The notes beneath the pieces were generated by a model. It was not told the origin of the DNA, ran no database searches, and saw only the letters and a list, made by a program, of their open reading frames with translations. Made by a program: the position numbers and the translations under genes. Below are positions 1 to 5,749 of a stretch of 49,370 nucleotides of DNA, piece after piece. Numbering within the stretch: the stretch's first letter is position 1; each line of letters starts with the position of its first letter. Origin of the DNA: a virus; the IMG/VR virus record IMGVR_UViG_3300048909_000032; one strand, written 5' to 3'.

Positions 1-127
1 ATGTAAGCTGATCCTCTCGGCTCAAGGTCAGGATAATTCCAGTAAGCACGCTATAGTGACCGCATGTCTCGCGCAGCAGATTGACCAGCACCGCATTCCG
101 CCGCTCGGCGTCCGCAAGGCGCTGCTG
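1..127. repeat. 127-bp terminal direct repeat (second copy at 49244..49370); end overlap of a circular or terminally redundant molecule
   Basis: Bases 1-127 (atgtaagctgatcctctcgg...ggcgctgctg) recur verbatim as the last 127 bases of the window. Confidence 0.95.
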
Positions 128-361
128 AAGATCATCGCCATGGTCAATCATGCGATCTAAGTGGCGGCGATCAATTGCGCAAGAATCCTGAAGGCCGGCC
201 AGCTCTTCCCGCAAAGCAGCGAGCTGGGTGAGGGCGGCATCATAGGTCTTGCGCCAGTCGGTGCCGGAACCGCTGCAAGTCACGCAAGGAACACAGCGCT
301 GACCTTGCTCAAACGTTAGAGTTTTCTCGCCTTTGCAGGTGCTGCATTTCACTTCACTCAT
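1..361 (-). CDS. Small DnaJ-type zinc-finger-like protein, N-terminal part; the ORF leaves the left edge and continues at 49243..49152 across the junction
   Basis: ATG at 361..359. It is absent from the ORF track because no stop occurs before the window edge. Own translation MSEVKCSTCKGEKTLTFEQGQRCVPCVTCSGSGTDWRKTYDAALTQLAALREELAGLQ...NAVLVNLLRETCGHYSVL has two CxxCxGxG-like motifs. The frame runs through the repeat into ORF 49152..49334. Confidence 0.6.
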   Translation of the reverse strand, partial: MSEVKCSTCKGEKTLTFEQGQRCVPCVTCSGSGTDWRKTYDAALTQLAALREELAGLQDSCAIDRRHLDRMIDHGDDLQQRLADAERRNAVLVNLLRETCGHYSVLTGIILTLSREDQLT

Positions 362-412
362 TCCAAAATCTCCCTCATTCGATAATCGACCCGGTGCCGG
401 AGTGGCTGTGGG

Positions 413-574
413 TCACACCTGAGCAGCCATCTTTACCCGCTGCGCCTTGTCCCAGCCCATCTGCCAGCGCTCCCGCGAAAACGGCGCTGCATCCTTGTCA
501 AACGGATTCTGCTTGGCGGACAATCCCTTCAGAAATGCCGCATACCCTTGCTCGAACGCCATCAGCTTTTGCAT
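413..574 (-). CDS. Rmf/CrpP-family small protein (ribosome modulation factor-like), 53 aa
   Basis: AGGAGG lies 6 nt upstream of ATG 574; the track start at 619 looks too long. MQKLMAFEQGYAAFLKGLSAKQNPF..RERWQMGWDKA matches by eye the Rmf core (GY.AG..G.....CPY....R..WL.GW..A). Confidence 0.6.
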   Translation of the reverse strand: MQKLMAFEQGYAAFLKGLSAKQNPFDKDAAPFSRERWQMGWDKAQRVKMAAQV

Positions 575-609
575 GGTCACCTCCTGGTGATCGTTGTGGG
601 ATTGATCGC

Positions 610-1215
610 TTATTGGCACGGCTCCCAGCCAGGAACGCTAAGTCGAACCAAAGTTCTGGCTGTATCCATAGGCACTGGCAGTGATTCGTGAATCATCGTC
701 ACGTTGCCGGCATAGGCCACTCCAGCGAGCAGGCGAACCTCGGAGAGCTGCGACAAATCCATCATCGAGCAGTCTCCACCCTCTCCTGGCATTTCATAGA
801 ACTCGCCGATCAATGCGCGGGATGCGCTGACATCTGAAGCAAGAATCAAGGCTTCCGGCGCAGAAAAGTCGCACTGCGACCAGCCTGGGCTTGGATTCTG
901 CCATTTTCCAGCATGGCCTCCACCTCCACCATGTCGGCCTTTAGCAGCGATCCAATACCCGTCAATATGGGCGCCGGGGCGCCGGTGCGAAGCATTCGCC
1001 CTAACTACGCCTTGATCCACCATTAGATAGATTGGGCCATCAGTATCCACGCCGACAAGCATCTGGTTGACAGTTTCCTGCCAGCGAGACAAGTCCGACG
1101 GCAGGCCTGTTTCAAGCCGGAATTCGCGCATGTAGATGCGCTCCGCCAGGAACGACGGAAACTCAACCTTGCCAATTTCAGTAACGCGACTGACATTCTT
1201 GTTTGTGTAAGTCAT
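610..1215 (-). CDS. Hypothetical protein, candidate 2OG/Fe(II)-oxygenase-like fold (tentative)
   Basis: Track ORF of 201 aa. ATGA start/stop overlap with the recombinase gene at 1212..1215. GAHIDG (HxD), then about 95 aa later MIHES, then RLS, resembles an HxD...H...RxS facial-triad pattern. Contains a Gly-rich insert HGGGGGH. Confidence 0.55.
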   Translation of the reverse strand: MTYTNKNVSRVTEIGKVEFPSFLAERIYMREFRLETGLPSDLSRWQETVNQMLVGVDTDGPIYLMVDQGVVRANASHRRPGAHIDGYWIAAKGRHGGGGGHAGKWQNPSPGWSQCDFSAPEALILASDVSASRALIGEFYEMPGEGGDCSMMDLSQLSEVRLLAGVAYAGNVTMIHESLPVPMDTARTLVRLSVPGWEPCQ

Positions 1216-1832
1216 TTCGGATCCTCGTCAATTTGTTTATCGCGAATCTTGGCTACTGTGGTCGGGCTGCACTCGGCCAATTCGGCCACCCGCTTCACCG
1301 ATAGCGTCTTGTCGGTCATCAGCGCCTTCACCCGTGCGTGCAGCAGCACGTCAACCGGCCTGCCCTTGTACTTCCCGGCCTTCTTGCTTTCTGCGATCCC
1401 TTGAGCCTGTCGGGTAGCTCGCGTCTCCCAGTCATCACGCGCCATCTGCATGGCAACCTTGAGCAGCATGTCCTGCACTGCATCGAGGATGATCCGGGCC
1501 ATTCCGCCGGCCTGAATGTCGGACAGGTCGACAATCCCCGGCACCACTAGCTTCGCCCCCTTCCCTTTGATCGCCGCAATGATCGCTTCTGCCTCTGGCA
1601 ATGGCGCCCGCGTGATGCGATCCATCTTCTCTGCGATCACCACGTCACCCGGCTGCAAATCGGCAATCATCCGATTCAGTGCAGGCCGGTCAGCGCTGGT
1701 GCCGCTCATCTTGTCCTCGTAAATCCCCGCAATGTAATAGCCTTCATCCATCGCCTTTCCTACCAATGCCCGCTGCCGCTCAAGATCCTGTTCGGCTGTG
1801 CTGACGCGCAGGTACACCCTGGCATTCTTCAT
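1212..1832 (-). CDS. Small serine recombinase (resolvase/invertase family) with C-terminal HTH
   Basis: N-terminal ARVYLRVSTAEQDLERQ catalytic-serine motif, conserved RPALNRM and DRITR segments, and C-terminal LSVKRVAELAECSPTTVAKI helix-turn-helix; 206 aa. Confidence 0.9.
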   Translation of the reverse strand: MKNARVYLRVSTAEQDLERQRALVGKAMDEGYYIAGIYEDKMSGTSADRPALNRMIADLQPGDVVIAEKMDRITRAPLPEAEAIIAAIKGKGAKLVVPGIVDLSDIQAGGMARIILDAVQDMLLKVAMQMARDDWETRATRQAQGIAESKKAGKYKGRPVDVLLHARVKALMTDKTLSVKRVAELAECSPTTVAKIRDKQIDEDPK

Positions 1833-1962
1833 AACCTGCTCACTCGTTGTTTTGAGTAGCCAGTAAATCAGAACACATTTAGGATCGTCAATATAAATAT
1901 TTGCCTATTGGAAACATTGGGCCGGGAATCGCCTCGGCTGAGGCATACCCAAAGTGAGAGGG

Positions 1963-2298
1963 TTATGCCGCATCCCGGATCAAACCGTGATTGAGCGCGT
2001 ATCGGTGAGCCTTGCGCAGCCGCTCAGGGTCAAGATCCAGCTCCCGTCCAGCCCCCTCCCAGCTTGAGCCGCGACTTCTCATGTCGTGCGCCTTCTGGAT
2101 GGAGTCGAGCGGGAATGCAGCAGGCTTGCCCGGCTTTCGGTCGTAGCCGTCGAGCCCCTTGCCGATCCCGTTGCGTACCAGATGCGATACCTGGGCCGCG
2201 ATCAGCCGAGGATCGCCACCCAATCCTTCGGCTATACGCTTCCAGCAGCAGCCCTCCTGTCTGAGTTCGTAGGCTAGGGCCAGTTCGTCAAGGGTCAT
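1963..2298 (-). CDS. Hypothetical protein, 111 aa, HTH-like segments
   Basis: Internal ATG 2298 forms an ATGA overlap with the stop of the upstream ORF (2295..2297). The longer track ORF (to 2580) overlaps that gene out of frame. MTLDELALAYELRQEGCCWKRIAEGLG... Confidence 0.55.
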   Translation of the reverse strand: MTLDELALAYELRQEGCCWKRIAEGLGGDPRLIAAQVSHLVRNGIGKGLDGYDRKPGKPAAFPLDSIQKAHDMRSRGSSWEGAGRELDLDPERLRKAHRYALNHGLIRDAA

Positions 2299-2840
2299 GG
2301 CTTCGTCTCGCCGGTATAGGTTCGCCACGGCACATTGCGGCCGCTGACCATGAAGCCCCAGTCGCCACGCCACTTGCTGGTGATGAACAGAGTGAATGCG
2401 CCTTCTGGCTGCACGTAGTCGATGCGGTGGTATTCGCCGAACGTCAGTGTCGCGGTATCGCCTGGGCGCCGAATGATCCGCACTCGTCGCGTTACCGACA
2501 GGGGTGATGCTGAGCCTTGGCGAATGGCTGGCCGCTCTTCGGTATACCCGCCGCGCAGGATGATGGTGCGCGCATTCCACGGGTGCGAGTGCAGGTCGCG
2601 GTCAGCATCCGGCCGCATGATGTGGTGAATTCGGATCGACCACGGGAACCACCAGAATTTCGCCTTGTGCGTCTCGCGGCTGTACGGGTTGAACAGCCAC
2701 CAGCGGCCCATGTACATGTCGGAACCGTCGGCGGACATGATGTGCTGGTACGGGGTGCGCTGGGCTCGGGCGATGAGCCAGTTGGCGATGGCTGGGCGGG
2801 CAAGCAGCTTGGCGAGCAGGCGCCAGAAGAGATTGATCAT
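2295..2840 (-). CDS. Hypothetical protein, 181 aa, His-rich motif HHIMRPDADRDLHSHPW
   Basis: ATG 2840 forms an ATGA overlap with the stop of the DUF2591-like gene. Hydrophobic N-terminus MINLFWRLLAKLLARPAIANWLIA. No family recognised. Confidence 0.6.
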   Translation of the reverse strand: MINLFWRLLAKLLARPAIANWLIARAQRTPYQHIMSADGSDMYMGRWWLFNPYSRETHKAKFWWFPWSIRIHHIMRPDADRDLHSHPWNARTIILRGGYTEERPAIRQGSASPLSVTRRVRIIRRPGDTATLTFGEYHRIDYVQPEGAFTLFITSKWRGDWGFMVSGRNVPWRTYTGETKP

Positions 2841-3196
2841 GATTTCACCAGTTCGGCAGGGACGCGCACGGTGTCGCCCAGCTTGTTGGCGACGATGGCG
2901 CGGCAGGCAGCAATGATCGGTGTTTCTGCATGCCATGCCGCCGTTGAATCTGTCCAAGCGCATGGGTTGCAGGCTTCATCGGAGTAGATGATGCTGACGC
3001 GATACCTAGCGATAAGCGGGCCGCACTGGTGCCAGTTGAACGATGGCATCCAAGGGGATTGCAGGCCAGGACACACGTTTATGCGCAACTCCTTGCCGAG
3101 AGAATCGTCAATCACGATTTCGCAGGCCAATGCCACTGCCCAATCCAGCGCCGGGCCAATCAGTTCAGCCGTCTTCACTTCGGTCGTCTTATCCAT
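2837..3196 (-). CDS. DUF2591 / NinX-like phage protein (paralogue of 19252..19641)
   Basis: ELIGPALDWAVA...NWHQCGPLI...IIAACRAIVANKLGDTVRVPAELV. The C-terminal CRAIV..KLGDTV.VPAELV is shared with the plus-strand paralogue. ATG 3196 in a TGATG overlap; the track start 3199 is GTG. Confidence 0.7.
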   Translation of the reverse strand: MDKTTEVKTAELIGPALDWAVALACEIVIDDSLGKELRINVCPGLQSPWMPSFNWHQCGPLIARYRVSIIYSDEACNPCAWTDSTAAWHAETPIIAACRAIVANKLGDTVRVPAELVKS

Positions 3197-3372
3197 CACT
3201 CACCCTCCTTCTGTGCCGCCCGGTACGCCCGGACGATCTTGTAAATAGCCGCCTTGCTCAACTTGAATCGCTTGGCGGCCTCGTCGGCGCTGTACGTCTG
3301 GTAGCACTCGATAATCTTGGCGTTGCGTGCTGCGTTCTTTCCCGGTTTCGGCCCGGACTTGTGCGTTTTCAT
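3196..3372 (-). CDS. Small HTH protein, 58 aa (below the ORF-track cutoff)
   Basis: Own translation MKTHKSGPKPGKNAARNAKIIECYQTYSADEAAKRFKLSKAAIYKIVRAYRAAQKEGE. ATG 3372 abuts the stop of the pentapeptide gene, and the stop overlaps the next start. Confidence 0.55.
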   Translation of the reverse strand: MKTHKSGPKPGKNAARNAKIIECYQTYSADEAAKRFKLSKAAIYKIVRAYRAAQKEGE

Positions 3373-4056
3373 TCAATCAGCCCCTTTCTCAGGCGCCTCG
3401 TACGGAACGGCAGGCGAGGCCTCAATGATGGTTTTAAGGATCGGTTTCCATATCGACCACCAGGCTGATGCGCGCGAATCCATTTCCTGAATCTCTTCTT
3501 CACTGAACGCCCACCACTCAGTCAGCGTGTGGAACTGGCAGCCGATCTGCATCTTGTCCGCTGTGTACGTCACCGGCCAGAGATCGCACTGCACAGACTT
3601 GATCTGCGACAGATTGCCGACAGCGCCCAAGATTGAAGCGGCGGAGCTCAGGTCGGCGTAGCGCAGGTCGGCGTAGCTCAGGTCGGCGTAGCGCAGGTCG
3701 GCGTAGCGCAGGTCGGCGGAGCGCAGGTTGGCGTAGCGCAGGTCGGCGTAGCGCAGGTCGGCGGAGCGCAGGTCGGCGGAGCGCAGGTCGGCGGAGCTCA
3801 GGTCGGCGGAGCGCAGGTCGGCGTAGCGCAGGTCGGCGGAGCGCAGGTCGGCGGAGCGCAGGTCGGCGGAGCGCAGGTCGGCGGAGCTCAGGTCGGCGGA
3901 GCGCAGGTCGGCGTAGCGCAGGTCGGCGGAGCGCAGGTTGGCGGAGCTCAGGTCGGCGGAGCGCAGGTTGGCCCGTTCGCCGCCCTCTTCGCTATTCAGC
4001 CACGTATGGTGCTTCTGAATGATTTCGGACAGTTGCTCAGTAGTGAAAGTTTTCAT
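3373..4056 (-). CDS. Pentapeptide-repeat protein with a non-repeat C-terminal domain
   Basis: 22 consecutive A(D/N)L(R/S)(S/Y) pentapeptides ([25 protein letters not shown]...) followed by a roughly 85-aa Trp-rich domain. SD ACGGAG lies upstream of ATG 4056. Confidence 0.9.
   Translation of the reverse strand: MKTFTTEQLSEIIQKHHTWLNSEEGGERANLRSADLSSANLRSADLRYADLRSADLSSADLRSADLRSADLRSADLRYADLRSADLSSADLRSADLRSADLRYADLRYANLRSADLRYADLRYADLSYADLRYADLSSAASILGAVGNLSQIKSVQCDLWPVTYTADKMQIGCQFHTLTEWWAFSEEEIQEMDSRASAWWSIWKPILKTIIEASPAVPYEAPEKGAD
3641..3970. repeat. Tandem array of 22 near-identical 15-bp units encoding the pentapeptide repeats
   Basis: Units such as gcgcaggtcggcgga / gcgcaggtcggcgta / gctcaggtcggcgga / gcgcaggttggcgga repeat head to tail with only 1-3 variable positions. 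Confidence 0.9.
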
Positions 4057-4084
4057 TGGTCTTACTCCGTTGATTTGTGTTTGG

Positions 4085-4975
4085 TTAGAGCGCTGCTAGG
4101 GTCCGCTCGTACAGTTCGTCATGCTCGGCGGACATTGGCGATTCGGTCTGCTGGCTCTCGGTTACGGCCACGCCGCCCGACAGGAACCCGGTGACGATCG
4201 GCGCGATGGTCTTGGCCTGCGTCACCAGAAACAGGTGGCCGTCGTTGATGACGTGCAGCTGCGAGCGCGGAATCAGGTTGGCCATCATGCGCATGTTGAC
4301 CAGCGGAATCAGGGGATCATCGTTACCGGCCAGTACCAGCGTTGGCTGTTTGATCTTGTGCAGCCAGTGAGCGGAGGTCCACGCCCAAACGGCCATGGCC
4401 TGATAGTAGTAACCGCGACCGCTCGGCGATTTCATCTTGCTGGTGTGCGCGGTTGCCAGCGACTTGTCGTAACGGAAGGCGCCGCCGTAGATGTCCGGGG
4501 CGATGCGTGCGCCGTGCTCGGGGTCGGTGTAACGTCTTGGACTGGCCATCAGGCTGAGCACCTTGAGCGATGGCGGCACCATGGCCACACCGCAGGAGGT
4601 GGCAGCCAGAATCAGCCGTCTGCATCTGTGCGGCTGGTCATAGGCGAACTGCTGGGCCAGGAAACCGCCCCACGACACGCCGATCACATTCACTTGGTCA
4701 TAGCCCATCACATCCAGCATCGTGGCGACGGTCTTGGCCATGCCGCGAAAGGTGTACGGCAGCAGCGGAGCCGGCGAACCTCCGACACCGGGCACGTCGA
4801 AGGCGATGATCTCTTGGTCGGGGTCCAGCTCATTGGTGAACGGGATTACCAGATCCAGGCTGGCGCCGATACCGTTGAACACCACCAGCGGGGTCAGGTG
4901 CGATTTACCTGGGCGAACCGCCGTCCTGATTGACAACCCATCGACCTGTACAGTGCGGAAAACAAAAGCCTTCAT
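4085..4975 (-). CDS. phaZ: Alpha/beta hydrolase closely resembling Pseudomonas intracellular mcl-poly(3-hydroxyalkanoate) depolymerase PhaZ
   Basis: Near full-length resemblance recalled from Pseudomonas PhaZ: [42 protein letters not shown], lipase box [42 protein letters not shown]. Start set at ATG 4975 (GGAG 9 nt upstream); the track start 5026 is TTG. Confidence 0.85.
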   Translation of the reverse strand: MKAFVFRTVQVDGLSIRTAVRPGKSHLTPLVVFNGIGASLDLVIPFTNELDPDQEIIAFDVPGVGGSPAPLLPYTFRGMAKTVATMLDVMGYDQVNVIGVSWGGFLAQQFAYDQPHRCRRLILAATSCGVAMVPPSLKVLSLMASPRRYTDPEHGARIAPDIYGGAFRYDKSLATAHTSKMKSPSGRGYYYQAMAVWAWTSAHWLHKIKQPTLVLAGNDDPLIPLVNMRMMANLIPRSQLHVINDGHLFLVTQAKTIAPIVTGFLSGGVAVTESQQTESPMSAEHDELYERTLAAL

Positions 4976-4992
4976 TTCGTCGTGCTCCGGTT

Positions 4993-5010
4993 GGTCCTTA
5001 TTGATGGACT
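4993..5010 (-). promoter_or_regulatory. AGTCC-N8-GGAC operator copy just downstream of the candidate phaZ promoter -10
   Basis: The minus strand reads CATAGTGAGTCCATCAATAAGGACC. 15 of 18 positions match the late-promoter copy GAGTCCATGATTAAGGAC at 23807..23824. Confidence 0.55.
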
Positions 5011-5011
5011 C

Positions 5012-5040
5012 ACTATGCGCTGACAATCAGGTTAGGTCAA
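5012..5040 (-). promoter_or_regulatory. Candidate sigma70-type promoter of the phaZ-like moron
   Basis: Minus strand TTGACC (5040..5035), 17 nt, CATAGT (5017..5012). A second TTGAC lies just upstream. Confidence 0.4.
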
Positions 5041-5061
5041 CGAATAAGTCAACTATTCGGA

Positions 5062-5086
5062 CAAAAGGAACCCGGCGAACCGGGCT
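5062..5086 (-). terminator. Rho-independent terminator after gene 5091..5600
   Basis: Minus strand agcccggttcgccgggttcctttt: a 5-bp GC stem, tetraloop, then a T-rich tail. Confidence 0.6.
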
Positions 5087-5090
5087 AGGA

Positions 5091-5600
5091 TTATTCAGAT
5101 ATTGGTGCTGGCTTCTCCATTCTGCACCAGAATGCAACGACCTTTTCACCATCGCTCTTGAACGGAACAAGCCACTGCCCGGACACGCGCTCATAAGAAA
5201 ATGAAAGGTGTACTGCCCGAGTTCGCTCCTTGCCGTCTTCAAATACATCGCCAGGAACGCGAAGCATCGATAATGGTCGACTGTCTTGGTCGAGGGTCGA
5301 GAGTTGCTGAATAAGTTGGCGAACCGTCTTTGGCGCTCCCCACTCCGCTGGATTGGAAGTCGCCTCTATGACACCAGGAAGACCTGTGTTCCGGCAGCAC
5401 TCGATTGCCAAATCTCCCGCGTCGGTAATTTCGTAGCGAGAAAAGCCGAGCGAGCGGATCAGGCCAACGCGCGCCAGCGACTTCATGCGGTCCTTCGGAA
5501 CGTCGTATCCCTGTCCGTCCTCGCTGGTCTCAAAGAAGCGCAGAAGGTCGCGCTTCTGTAGATCGGTCATCGATAGCGATATTTCGACTTTATTACCCAT
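5091..5600 (-). CDS. Hypothetical protein, 169 aa
   Basis: ATG 5600 preceded by GAGGGA and in a TGATG overlap with the upstream micro-ORF. The longer track version (5678) lacks these signals. Confidence 0.6.
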   Translation of the reverse strand: MGNKVEISLSMTDLQKRDLLRFFETSEDGQGYDVPKDRMKSLARVGLIRSLGFSRYEITDAGDLAIECCRNTGLPGVIEATSNPAEWGAPKTVRQLIQQLSTLDQDSRPLSMLRVPGDVFEDGKERTRAVHLSFSYERVSGQWLVPFKSDGEKVVAFWCRMEKPAPISE

Positions 5601-5749
5601 CACTGATCCCTCTGGTATTTGGCCTGTCGCATCTTGGAGCAGGCCGAGTGGTTGCCGGATGCGCGGACCTTTCCGCACATATCGCAGGTGTTGCAGATGA
5701 CAAGGCGCGGCATTGGCGGGCGTGGGTTGCGGCGTCTGCGTGGGGTCAT
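5600..5749 (-). CDS. Small basic Cys-rich (zinc-ribbon-like) protein, 49 aa
   Basis: Own translation MTPRRRRNPRPPMPRLVICNTCDMCGKVRASGNHSACSKMRQAKYQRDQ. ATGA overlap with the MTase stop and TGATG overlap with the next start. Confidence 0.5.
   Translation of the reverse strand: MTPRRRRNPRPPMPRLVICNTCDMCGKVRASGNHSACSKMRQAKYQRDQ

Noticed and set aside
1-127. Terminal repeat considered as an LTR or IS-like inverted or direct repeat of a mobile element
   Set aside because: The copies are direct, lie exactly at the two window ends, and an ORF reads continuously through them. This is the signature of a circular contig overlap.
3641-3970. Regular short tandem repeats that might suggest a CRISPR array
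   Set aside because: The units are 15 bp, contiguous, have no spacers and lie in frame inside a coding sequence. This is a coding tandem repeat, not a CRISPR array.
3633-4022. 129-aa plus-strand ORF made of RRSAG repeats
   Set aside because: It is the mirror image of the pentapeptide-repeat array on the minus strand. The minus-strand reading gives the canonical A(D/N)LXX repeat, has an SD and is coupled to its neighbours.
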